DNA from: Laetmonice hystrix
Taxonomy: Eukaryota
Length of the DNA stretch: 64,000 bases
Direction: 5' to 3'
Assembly (NCBI GenBank): GCA_965235115.1
Contig: OZ249436.1
Location: forward strand, 55,864,001 to 55,928,000
In this document: in pieces, positions 12,201-22,080 of the stretch
Numbering within the stretch: the first letter of the stretch is position 1
Layout of the letters: the number at the start of each line of letters is the position of its first letter
Made by a program: the position numbers and the translations under genes
Notes under the pieces: generated by a model
What the model saw: only the letters and a program-made list of their open reading frames with translations
Told to the model about the DNA's origin: nothing
Databases searched by the model: none

Positions 12201-15200
12201 TAGTTACATCATCCTGAGTAACATGACACTGTTGAAAGTCAGATGTGATGTTGGTTGGAGATGGGTTTCACACAAGATTCACACACGGACTTACACTCAC
12301 CTCAAGTACTACCCTGATACCCACAGCCTAATAACATTGTAGCACTTCATTTTAATCTCTAACTTTCGTTCTTGAATTTACTGGTTCTTTCTCTATAGAA
12401 GTTACCAAAGGTCGAAAAGTAAAATGATGCTCAGAAGTGAAATTCTCAGAATAAGAATGAGGCTCTACTAGCTTGCCTTGGAGCGTTAGGACACACAATA
12501 TGAGAGATTTACCATCTTTCATCAGTACTAGAGGATTTAGGGAGCAGACGTGATGCCCACCCCTTACTTCTAATTTATAAATGACCTAAAAATGACCTTT
12601 ACTCTCATATTCTGACATTACCAGAGGCAGAAAAAGGTGGTGCCACCACTTTCCAATTTAATTCCTGAATCTGCCCCATTTATGGATCTCTTTACTCTTT
12701 AGACTAAAAAAAATTCTTGAACATGTTTTTGTCTGAGCTTTCAGGTGACCGTGACACGATATGACCTCTACACAAATACTCAGTGGGTAAGTACTGAAAC
12801 ACTAGCACCGGTAAGTACTTTGTAACATTTTAATAACTTTCTTTTTTATCTATTATCAATTTTAACCTAAAATATAATCTCCAATTTTTATAAAGCTTAG
12901 ACATATTAAATTTCCACATAACACATTACTCAGCATAAAGTATCAGGGTAGGAACTTTTTACTACTTACTCCATAAATGTGGGTCCTATTACTTAATTTT
13001 ATTCGTTCAGGCTATGAAGGAAAAAATAATAAAGAAAAAAATGAAAATACTGGAAGCTGGTCAACTACACTGGACCATTATGACACTATGACAGTCATAA
13101 CAAGTTTTTATAAACAATTTCATCAGATCAGTGACGAAATTCCTACCCATGAACGCAACACATTAAAACAAATGAAAAACAGCAATAACATTCTGCCAGA
13201 AAAGACAAACATAAACAATATAACTTATAAGAACATCATATTTATCAATCGAAATGCTGGGTTCATACAACAGAAACATAACAAACAGGTCTGCAACAGC
13301 TACAAATGTACATAAATTCAGAAGCACTTGATAACATAGAATTGGCTCTATCTCTAGTGAGCATAACCTTCATATGTTTTGTTCATGGCAGAAATCAACC
13401 TGATACCTGTCTGCGATGAGCGTAAGCCCTGGATCCACCCTGAAAGCAAGTCTTCAAGTTGAGGAGCATGATAAAAAAAACTTCAGTTTTAACAAATTAT
13501 ATAGATCTTCTACTGAAAAACGGGATACATGTATCATAAGTGATAAAAAGAGGCAAGTGGCAAGCTAAATCAAGATCTGCTCTACCCCCCCCCCCCCCCA
13601 TCATGATGTATGCTTAGAATCAGAGCTCTGTGTGTGCATGTCTAGGTCACATTTGTGATTTTGAAATACTATGCTACATAATACGCAACCATAAAGACAA
13701 CATGGGCTGATGTCAAAACAGTCTGTAGCAGGCTTCACGGGCTTGTGTTTGGAAAATGCAGGCAAGTGAAAAACAGCTTGCCTTTAGATCAATTTTTTAT
13801 GGGCTAGGCAAGCTGTTTTCTTTCTAATCCTACTTCTAGAACTGATTCTCACAGAGTATCCAAAGGGTCATCAGAGGTGGATCGACTGTTCATAAGAAGA
13901 TGTGCCGTCTCTCATAAACATGAAAATTAGATTAGAATTTATTTTGGCCAGGTGGGTGGTTTTTAGGGTTCGTTTTATGCATGCCTTGACAGCATTTTGC
14001 AGGAGCGATGGCGATCGTGAAACACAAGGCCTGTACCCTTTTGTAGCCTAACTTTGCGCATACCCTAACTTTGCGCACTTCCGCTTATGCCCCTTGCAGC
14101 TGTTGCCGGGTAGATATCTTGGTGATGTCACATGAATTCTTTAGTTCTTTTTCCGACTGACAACCTCCAAACTGTCCAGAAACAAGATTTAGTCAGCTGC
14201 TCTCAAATTTTATTCATCTCGCCCCAGTGCCATCAAATCAGTCATCACAAGCTCTCTCGCCATAGGAAATGCATTGTAACGTCACGGTGCGCGAAGTTTG
14301 GGGGCACTCATAAATCTTGACACCGCCGACCCTTGACCTGCACCTTGACCTACAATCAAGGTAAACCGGATATAAACATTGCGTCATCGCGATGTTTTCG
14401 GGGGCAAATTAAACCTAACAAGATTGTTGTTCATTTGATTATTTTCAACAATCAAACCACTGCTCTTGTGCAGAAAAACAGCTAGTTATTCGAGGCCTTT
14501 ACCTTAGGTGCGCGAAGTTAGGGGCCTACAGGATATTCTCATTTCCGAGGTCAGTTCTTCCGGTCCTGAGTAGCCTGACGACCGGTGCAAACAAGGGTAT
14601 CAAGAAGCGTTGCCCCCCGTGACAGTTTAATTATAGGACAGTGTGATGACCAAACCCAAGCCAGTAGCACATATATTTAGTTCCATTGCGTTGCCAGGCT
14701 TTTGTTTGCACCAGCTCTGGCCAGAGAAGATAGCAGCGCCACCTAGAAATGCCCGGATTATCGGAAACAGGAATTCACATGTAGTGTACATACCAGGCAT
14801 GAGAATGGAAAACTGGGGGGGGGGGGGGGGTCTGAAACCGATCCGTCAACTGTGAAATGCTGTTGTTAAACCATGTATTTTCAGGATGCCACTCGCCACC
14901 CCTACTACAACTATATGTATGATTGCCATCAATAATCATGTCATTCACACACCAGGGCAGGGGCACTAATACTAGTAATGGTATAGCAGCGGTGTGACGG
15001 ATTACCGAAATCGACCGAAATCAGGCTATTTACCGAAATCAAACCGAAATCAAACCGAAATCAAGCTGATTAGTTAGCGAAACACCAAGAAATGCATACA
15101 ATTGGCCATACATGATCATATTCGTGCCATTTGAGGTCTCTAAATTTTGTAATTAAATCGGTAAAGCGTAAGAAACCGACCTGATTCAATGTGGCCGGTT

Positions 15201-16062
15201 CCCAGCGAACCTTACACAGTCTGCAAGGCCACTGAAACTGTGGTGTCCTCACCCACCACCAGATGGCACCCCATTATGACCGTGCCGTGACCGTGTAAAG
15301 CAGCAGCACAGACTCAGTGCATAGCGGCGATGGCAGTGGCGTGGCCTAGTGGTTTACAGTGAAACTAGATCTAAATGCCGTGGAACTAGCGTTCAAGTTT
15401 TTGGGGTCGACTTCTTCATCTTTTCTTCATCTGGAGGGTGTGTTTTGAGTAAATACTGAGTCGTCTATACAGAAAACAGCTGTAACTATTGTATATGAGC
15501 TAAAACGATCGAAAAAAATTGTTTTAGCCTTGATTTCGGTTTGATTTCGATAAATAGCTTGATTTCGGTTGATTTCGGTAATCCGTCGCACCCGTATAGC
15601 AGTATAGCTATAAGTATAACGTTAGCCCGTATAGCCTATAGGGCAGGGGCTGCCAGGCACAGGGATCACGTTTCTCATCGCTTTCCAATCTTCCAGTGCC
15701 TGGTTCATAGGTTCATGAGTTCACCTACAGACACTTGACCGAGTTAAGAATAGTCTGCGATGACCCCGCACCCAGACTCTTGACTTTCAGTAGGTGCCCA
15801 GCAAAGTTCTGCTGCCACTGCCAGCCCCTAGGCCTAGAGGCTAGCCCCGCTGAGCGAGAGCGCTCTCCGACTCTATCTCAGCAGGTCTCTGACTCTGAAA
15901 CAGCTAGCTAAGCTTCCTTTCTCGCGTTATTCAGAAGCTCTGTGATCTCGGGTAGCGATATAGCTAGGATCTAGCGTTATTGTTCAAAGAAAAACTTACT
16001 TCGAAATCATTTCGGGTAAAATCTATGCCCCGGACGAAAGGTAACACTCCCGTCCCCGCCAT
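233..16062 (-). CDS. FLII: Protein flightless-1 (N-terminal LRR domain and start of gelsolin repeat 1); 5' part only, gene continues past the left edge
   Basis: Phase-consistent GT-AG exons: 16062-16000 ([21 protein letters not shown]), 10786-10676, 10464-10312, 10073-9988, 9782-9706, 9572-9488 ([29 protein letters not shown]), 9236-9133, [8673-8557 or 7960-7844], 5888-5830, 5536-5379, 5213-5129, 4992-4836 ([18 protein letters not shown]), 4640-4555 (DPIARKMRL), 4364-4294, 3191-3109, 2756-2706 (CWEIENFLP), 345-233 ([14 protein letters not shown]...WQIWYWIG). These motifs are characteristic of Flightless-I. Confidence 0.97.
1197..1223 (-). CDS. FLII: Candidate 27-nt in-frame microexon of FLII
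   Basis: Transcript sense: tttaacatctgtgccctattcttacaccgtag|TCGTTCAAACTTGCGACATTCCTTCTT|gtaagt. Branch-like TTTAAC, pyrimidine tract and perfect donor. No stop in the phase-1 frame (VVQTCDIPS). No expression evidence available. Confidence 0.45.
2295..2303 (-). CDS. FLII: Candidate 9-nt in-frame microexon of FLII
   Basis: Transcript sense: tattgtttattacatgcatgtctttag|CAGATGCAG|gtaatt. UGC/UGCAUG lies just upstream of the acceptor. Adds Ala-Asp-Ala in phase 1. Confidence 0.4.
3218..4027. repeat. 43-bp minisatellite, about 19 copies, in an FLII intron
   Basis: Unit actaactacaataaacctctagacatgcacccctgctggtttc repeated in tandem with a few variant units. Confidence 0.97.
6698..7405. mobile_element. 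Degenerate MITE (CAG-GGTTCAA termini), probably with a nested fragment
   Basis: Left CAGGGGTTCAA, right TTGAACCACTG, GC-richer interior in an AT-rich intron. No clear target-site duplication. Confidence 0.45.
7844..7960 (-). CDS. FLII: FLII LRR exon copy b (117 nt), closer to the canonical Flightless-I sequence
   Basis: catgtag|AC ATA GAC TTG...CTA ATT G|gtaagt; encodes [39 protein letters not shown]; phase 1-1. Confidence 0.93.
8557..8673 (-). CDS. FLII: FLII LRR exon copy a (117 nt), tandem paralog of 7844-7960, putative mutually exclusive exon
   Basis: gtttcag|AG ATA GAC CTT...GCC ATA G|gtaggt; encodes [39 protein letters not shown]. Same length and phase, no stops, LRR consensus kept. 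Confidence 0.88.
11491..11576. repeat. 86-bp imperfect palindrome (hairpin) in FLII intron 1
   Basis: Left arm GACCTGGTATTGATTTGAACACCCAATAAAATTCATTGG matches the reverse complement of the right arm GACCTGGTATTGACTTAAACAGCCAATGATATTCATCGG at 33 of 39 positions. Confidence 0.8.
14031..14531. mobile_element. Probable MITE with imperfect inverted termini
   Basis: Left CTGTA...CCTAACTTTGCGCA (twice); right GTGCGCGAAGTTAGGGGCCTACAG; another copy of the motif near 14287. Confidence 0.5.
14990..15594. mobile_element. Non-autonomous TIR element with ~60-bp inverted termini built from ACCGAAATC subrepeats and an 8-9 bp target duplication (hAT- or Mutator-like)
   Basis: Left CGGTGTGACGGATTACCGAAATCGACCGAAATCAGGCTATTT, right AAATAGCTTGATTTCGGTTGATTTCGGTAATCCGTCGCACCCG. 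Direct repeat (G)TATAGCAG at 14982-14989 and 15595-15602. Confidence 0.85.
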
Positions 16063-16233
16063 CTTGTTTCCGGGTTATTTATATCTTATAAATATGACGT
16101 CATTCAAAAAGGGAATCCCCGACCTCGGCTGATTGAAGTCGGAAGGACATGACCGCAGAAGTATAACTCGTTTTACACAACCACCCAGAAATGACTAGTC
16201 CCACAAGCAAGTGAAACGACTAATTAAGTAAGT
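16056..16233. promoter_or_regulatory. Probable compact bidirectional promoter for FLII and MIEF
   Basis: Lies between the divergent genes. YY1-like AAGATGGCGG overlaps the FLII ATG; palindromic CRE TGACGTCA at 16095-16102; ETS-like CGGAA cores; candidate donor GTAAGT at 16228 for a non-coding MIEF exon 1 that would splice to the acceptor ending at 16947. Confidence 0.6.
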
Positions 16234-16949
16234 TACTCTTTCATTTTCTATACTGGCTTTCGTGGTGCTTTCCTTGATGAACACGTAGACGGTAGGACGT
16301 GTAGCCAGCCTGCTGTAGTGCTGTAACGTTACTGTACTGTAGACTATTATAGTGTAGTGTAGCCAACCGAGTCTCACTCTCACCAAAGACCTATGATCTT
16401 TGCTCTCACTGTCTCAGCCAGGTTGAGGAACTTCTCCTGACCTCATAGTCATAGGCCTATTCATGTTTCGTTGAGTTTGACTCGTTTAGTCTACTTAATT
16501 AATTAGGCTTTAGCCCCACACTCTGTCTCTGGCCAGTCTTAGTCCTACTGCCGGCAGGTTTGCCTTAGATTTTTGGCAGACTTAAAATTCGCAGGCAAGA
16601 AAAAGAAAAACCTTATCTAGAGTAATTGTACTTTTTGGTCTTACTCTTAGTCTTAGATTTAGTTGGTCAAAAATCAACAGCAATCTGGTGGTAGCCTCGG
16701 ATTTAACCTTTTAAGTCCTGGACTAACTTTTAAATTTGCCTAGAATCACGTTCACGTATCATGTCAAAGTTCTGCATTAATCTTTTACCTATTTTTGCAT
16801 GATTTGTATTGTTGGAATAATTAAAAGAAAGAAGAGAGGGGGCAGTATTGGATCTTTAATTAAGGATCCCCTGTAATGGGAGGGCTTTGTAAGGGCCTAT
16901 ATATCTATGCACATCTTATTTTGACACTAATTACTTCACTTTTTCAGGT

Positions 16950-18497
16950 ATGGCTTCTAGTGGTTTCAAAAGAGAGAGAAAGGATGACAGCTCCAAGAAG
17001 TCTTCAACACTAGAAGCTAGTCTTTTATTTACTGGGGGAGCTTTGATTGGTGCAGCATTGCTTTATGGTGCGAAGCGATTGTATGATTACTGGTCAGACA
17101 TAAAGAAAACATCTGATACACCAAAGGAGAACTTGAAAGTCTTTGATGACTGGTCTACAGATAGAAAGCCACAGAGGTCAACCTTGTCAGATTTCAGTGC
17201 TAGTATTAGTAATGGATATGAAACTGCAGTACAAAATCCTCATACTGTGGACCTAGTCAGCCCTGGGAGTGACGGAGCAGCATCTGTGGTGAGCGTTGGA
17301 AGTCTTCATGACTGTCTCCTAAACTACTACACAAGCTATGTTGACATTCCTCATGATGACCTCTCACTGGCAAAGACAGTAGTAGAAGATGTGAAGGACA
17401 GTTTTGTAGCGATCATTGAAGCACTCCTGCCTAATCATCCAATCGTTGCCATCGTGGATGTTGGCCCAGCCGCTGAGGGGTGGAAGGTGATCCGACCAGA
17501 TGAGTTTGAAGTCGTAATTCATCTATCCTTAGATCCACAGGTCTGGGAGCTGATCGATGGTGGTCAGACGCTCCTGGCTGCTCATGGTCACTGGATGGTA
17601 AAACGAACACATTTGGAATTCTTTGCTCGGGGCACTAAACCATATGATCGTTACCTTATCGGAGAGTACTTGTCTCCTGCAAAGGTAAAGACAGCTTTTC
17701 TGGACATGACGAACAGAGTGAGCAACTGGAACACAAGTTACGTGATTAAGTCTTCAGTTGTGGGGCCGGCTGTAAAACTTACAGTGGAGTACGGAACAGA
17801 GGAGCAAAAGAAGAAACTGACAATTGACTTTATGCCAGGTGTAAAGTTAGGAGGCATTGAAATAATATCTCCCTCAAATCCGAAAGCCAGTCTGGACCAT
17901 TGTTATGAAAACTTATGGCTGCAGTCCTTTGGCCAGCAAGAAGTGGAAACCCTTACCGCCAGACCCACTCCTCAACCACCAAAGGAACTTGAAGCTCAGG
18001 CAGGAAACTGTCTTGAAGAAACATTAGTTAAGCAATCAGAAATCGAAAATGGAATCAGCCATCTGACTGACAGTGTTGAAGGTATCGTCGCAAAGGTGCA
18101 GGAAGTAGACAACAGTGGAAACCTGGCCCCAGAAGTATATACAAGTGGAGAGTTAGAAACAGGATGTCAGGTGTTGTGCCTTAAGATCCTGGAAGCTGTC
18201 AGACTGAACCACCCAGCTGAGCTGGGAATCCTGACGCCATATGCCCTGAAAACGGTAATCTTGCACCTGTTGTACGCCGAGGACAGTTGGTGCCAAGCTC
18301 AGCTCTCTGAGCGGTTCCTAGACACACTGAAGGCCTTAGAAGGCTACTTCAAGATGGGAAGACTTCCCCATTTCTTTTGCCCACATATCAACCTTCTTGA
18401 AAATGCGAGTCCAGGAACACTTGAAAATGGAAGGGAATTTTTAGCATATGTCATTGGTAATAACCGATTCCCTTCACTCCTGAGAAACATTTATTGA
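16950..18497 (+). CDS. MIEF1: Mitochondrial dynamics protein MiD49/MiD51-like (MIEF/SMCR7 family, Mab-21 nucleotidyltransferase fold), 515 aa, single coding exon
   Basis: Uninterrupted ORF directly after a ttttcag acceptor. N-terminal KRERKDD, then a TM helix LLFTGGALIGAALLYGA followed by KRLYD. MiD-type segment VKRTHLEFFARGTKPYDRYLIGEYLSP, IDFMP, LWLQSF, CQVLCLKIL, and Mab-21 C-terminal LKTVILHL...W...LSERF...LPHFFCPHINLL. Probably co-orthologous to MIEF1 and MIEF2. Confidence 0.9.
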   Translation: MASSGFKRERKDDSSKKSSTLEASLLFTGGALIGAALLYGAKRLYDYWSDIKKTSDTPKENLKVFDDWSTDRKPQRSTLSDFSASISNGYETAVQNPHTVDLVSPGSDGAASVVSVGSLHDCLLNYYTSYVDIPHDDLSLAKTVVEDVKDSFVAIIEALLPNHPIVAIVDVGPAAEGWKVIRPDEFEVVIHLSLDPQVWELIDGGQTLLAAHGHWMVKRTHLEFFARGTKPYDRYLIGEYLSPAKVKTAFLDMTNRVSNWNTSYVIKSSVVGPAVKLTVEYGTEEQKKKLTIDFMPGVKLGGIEIISPSNPKASLDHCYENLWLQSFGQQEVETLTARPTPQPPKELEAQAGNCLEETLVKQSEIENGISHLTDSVEGIVAKVQEVDNSGNLAPEVYTSGELETGCQVLCLKILEAVRLNHPAELGILTPYALKTVILHLLYAEDSWCQAQLSERFLDTLKALEGYFKMGRLPHFFCPHINLLENASPGTLENGREFLAYVIGNNRFPSLLRNIY

Positions 18498-18784
18498 TGA
18501 TGTATTTTCAAAAGACGTGTATCTCTCTTGTAGTCCCTACCTTATCGCTAGCTTATGAAGTAGATTAAGAGAGAGAGAAGATCCAAGAATTGGACGCTTT
18601 TGCTTACAGAAAAGTCCTCATAACTTATAACCTTTTTTGGTGAAGGTGTTTGAGATTACTATCATGTAATATTCCACGTAAGAGCTGGAAGTGTCGTCGT
18701 AGCACATTCATCATGTATTAGCTGTGCATGTGTACACTACTATACAGTACATACATGTACATATGCTATCCTACAAGAACTTAA

Positions 18785-19124
18785 AGGTGCTATTCGTGAA
18801 CAAAAATTCAATTTTTTTATTTTTAATTTTGTTGACGTTTATGTGATCCCACCTATCATGGAAATAGATTCACAACAAAGGAAATCAAAATTTTTCATGG
18901 ATAACGGCACAAATGGGGCTCTCTCAGAAGGCCTGTGGAGACCCTGACACGCCCCACCATAGGAAATGGCTCTATCTCGGTGCGCACCAAGATAGGTTTC
19001 AAATGCTGCACACAAACTAATAGAAGGTTTATCAGGCCAATGGTATCGGTAGGAATTGTTTCTAGTACTATGTGCACAATGTATGATAGGAGAAATGCCA
19101 TTCTGTGCGAGACGAATAGCACCT
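18785..19124. mobile_element. Kolobok-like MITE (340 bp) just 3' of MIEF
   Basis: TTAA|AGGTGCTATTCGT ... ACGAATAGCACCT|TTAA: perfect 13-bp TIR, TTAA on both sides, RR...YY termini. Confidence 0.85.
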
Positions 19125-20534
19125 TTAAGGCCCAAACCCAACTGAAACTAGTAGAAGTGGGCTTCATTATACAGTCAGATGATGCACATACGTAAGGAAC
19201 GTCACATAATATAATAATTGCTGTAAAACATTTAGTAAGTTTAGAATAAGTTACTGGAAATATATTGGTCACATATACACGTAGAGGGATACCTGCAGTT
19301 ACCATGTGAGCAATTGACCAGGTTTACATCGCCATCTTGGGGGGGGGGGGCGTGCCAAATGGTTCGAACGTTTGGTTAAACCAATGTTGTAGGCTCAGAT
19401 CAAATCCAGCTTGGGGGAAAATAACTACGGGATGTTTCAAAAGACGCAACCAATGGCATAGGAATAAATAAAATCATACATGAAATATCTTGATTCGTTT
19501 TCAAAGTTAACACGTGACCTCAGAACATCATCTGGAACCCTTCTGTATCATGCAAATAAATCCTGGCAAGGTTGGCGGGTCTTGTATCATACAGAGGGGT
19601 GGGGAAGGCAATACGACCATTCCACCTGTTGGAGGGGGTCGGTCAGAGAATCTGTCCCTGCTCATAGATTCATAGTGAACTAGATGGCAACATCTCCATT
19701 TATATTTAAGCAAGAGATCAACTTTCTATTGTACTTGACTGGCTTCAGGAAATGGAACATGAAAATAAGCGAATTCTGGGATTGAACCTAATTGTTTTTA
19801 AAGCATGGGGAAGTTATTCTTTTTAATCTTAAAAAATGCAACGTGAATGGACGTGATCCACTTGCGTTGCGATGCTTCCGATTCACCCCTTGCGCAGTCT
19901 TACGAGCTCTTCCGAGGGAAAAATTCCAAATCGGGAATGCAGGCAAGCATTTTAAGTGAATCACGCATTACGAGAGTTCACGTTCCGAGGGCTTCAGACG
20001 TCTTACGAGTGACAGAGCACTCTCGGGACCTCCTGGGCTGTCACACCATAACGTTCTTGCCTTAACGACCTTATTGCATTCTTGAATAATTTTTCCTGAC
20101 TAGAACGTTGTCGAAATTCTCCCTCGCCCCTGACTGGCCGATCTGATTGTGTCCCTATACAGTTCTACTACAGTCCTTCCACCGTTTCCGACGTCTTTCC
20201 TCCGTCCCATTGCCGCCCACTATAAGTTTTTACTGGGTTCTACAACGTTCTTCCGACGTTCTTCCTCCGCTCTTTACGACCTTCCCCCGCCCGTCCTCCG
20301 ACCATGTACCGTTCTCTGTGCCCGTCTTGCGGCCATTTTGTGATCACGTGACAATTGGTATAGAAAGGTCGCGGAACGCAGCATCTCGATTATTCCGTCG
20401 ACTGCATTCAAGCAGACAACATATCCAAAATGCCCAAAGGTTTCTGCAAAGGGGGAGGAAGGGGACAGGGAATAAGGGGAAAGGGAATAAGGGAAAAAGT
20501 AAAAGGAAAGAGCACAAAAGCAGCATGTGTGGAC

Positions 20535-20825
20535 AGATCTAGATCACCATCCCCTGAAACCACAACAGCAGCACCTCCAGACACACACAGATCTAGATCA
20601 CCATCCCCTGAAACCACAACAACAGCACCTCCAGACACACACAGATCTAGATCACCATCCCCTGAAACCAAAAAAGCAGCACCTTCAGACACACACAGAT
20701 CTAGATCACCATCCCCTGAAACCACAACAGCAGCACCTCCAGACACACACAGATCTAGATCACCATCCCCTGAAACCACAACAGCAGCACCTTCAGACAC
20801 ACACAGATCTAGATCACCATCCCCT
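20535..20825 (+). repeat. 54-bp tandem repeat, 5 full copies plus a partial one (RSRSPSPETTTAAPPDTH in frame)
   Basis: Unit agatctagatcaccatcccctgaaaccacaacagcagcacctccagacacacac; not present as an array in element copy B. Confidence 0.95.
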
Positions 20826-20951
20826 AGGTCAACCAGAAGGAGGAGAAGCCGGTCTGACTCGCCACTATCAGATAGGTCAGATGCCAGCTCCACCAATATA
20901 ACAAAGTTTGAGCGGGAACAGAACTGTACAAGATCTGTACTCGATCGTTAA

Positions 20952-22080
20952 AGCCAAATGCAACAATCCAGCTACCTTATACCTTCCCATATGCCTTATA
21001 CAATAAAGAATAACATCAGCAATAAATGCAGGTCAATAGGTTTTACATAAACGAGAATGCCAACCTTAAACTACGAGTACCGTACCTCTAGCCGAGAAAT
21101 GAACTCGGCGCCATTTTACATCACATTATCACATGGGAGATTGATTCAGCCAATCAAAAACAGTCAGGTCACCCGGAAGTGTGACGTCGCCAGAGCCGCG
21201 AGTTTCCACCAGCTGTCAGATCGGGTGAGGATACAAGGTAGTCAGAGAGTCTAGACTGAGAGCTGCGAGTAAGATTATCCGTGTCATAGTACTAGGAGAC
21301 CGATCAGCAGGTCTAACCACACCACTGACTTGGTGCTGATCCTTCGTGAAGATATGCCTGGGTGTGCTAGCTGAACGGTAGCCCGACGCTTTGACAGTGG
21401 CAGTGCACGCCATGTCCCCGGCCGTAGACTGCCGTAGTCTGTCACTACTGTCAGACTCCATCCATGACCCAACCAGTGTACATTTCATTCTCTAGTTGAC
21501 AATTCTCCGTATAAATAATAGCTTTCAGCCACCATTTCATGCGTTGGAGGGTATTGCGACGAATTTCTGTTCGTTTAAGCGCCCGGTAAGAGATTTTTCA
21601 ATACGTTGTCGATCGACCAAATTGGCATGTCTGGCCCCGTCCAACCACCAGTGCACGCCCGTCGGGAGCACCGTGCTGCCCCGTTGTTGACTTCACCACC
21701 TGACTCGGGTGTCGGGGTGAGTGAGGCATGGAGCCTGGGACAGGGCACGCATGAAGGGGACATGAAGTCATGTAATCGACATGGGCCGAGATAACCATGG
21801 TCCGAGTTCACCAGTAACCATTATTGTACATAGTGTCCGTGAAGATGGTTGACCAACACAGTGATGGGGGAATGGGGTAGGCTCTAGGGACGCCATTTTT
21901 TAAGGTCTCACGGCAGTGAATTTCGGCAAGATGGACGCCGTGAGCAAACGGGCAACTGTCAGTTTCTATCGGGGATTACTTTTAACACACAGACTTTGTG
22001 GGAATTAGATGGTGGCAGGTAAAAGGCACTATACCATGGTTATCCATGGGCCCTATTGCTAGTGGCGGTTTCGGATCGCT
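20952..22080. mobile_element. 1129-bp TTAA-targeted insertion (Kolobok-like termini AGC...GCT)
   Basis: Copy B shows the empty site TCGATCG-TTAA-TGAACT. Copy A reads TCGATCG-TTAA-[insert]-TTAA-TGAACT, showing the TTAA duplication (20948-20951, 22081-22084). Confidence 0.85.

Noticed and set aside
12301..12313. 13-nt AG...GTGAGT-bounded segment in FLII intron 1
   Set aside because: Poor pyrimidine tract, frameshifting, and contains an in-frame stop; likely chance.
12977..13315. 112-aa Asn/Lys-rich ORF
   Set aside because: Antisense within FLII intron 1, A-rich low complexity, no recognisable domain.
16140..16949. An upstream LYR-motif microprotein ORF like the one in the vertebrate MIEF1 5' leader
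   Set aside because: I saw only very short uORFs in the putative first exon (16149-16166, 16191-16214) and no LYR-type frame of suitable length.
20408..20901. Overlapping 162-aa and 124-aa ORFs with repeated peptides
   Set aside because: Alternative-frame and antisense readings of the 54-bp tandem repeat inside a transposon.
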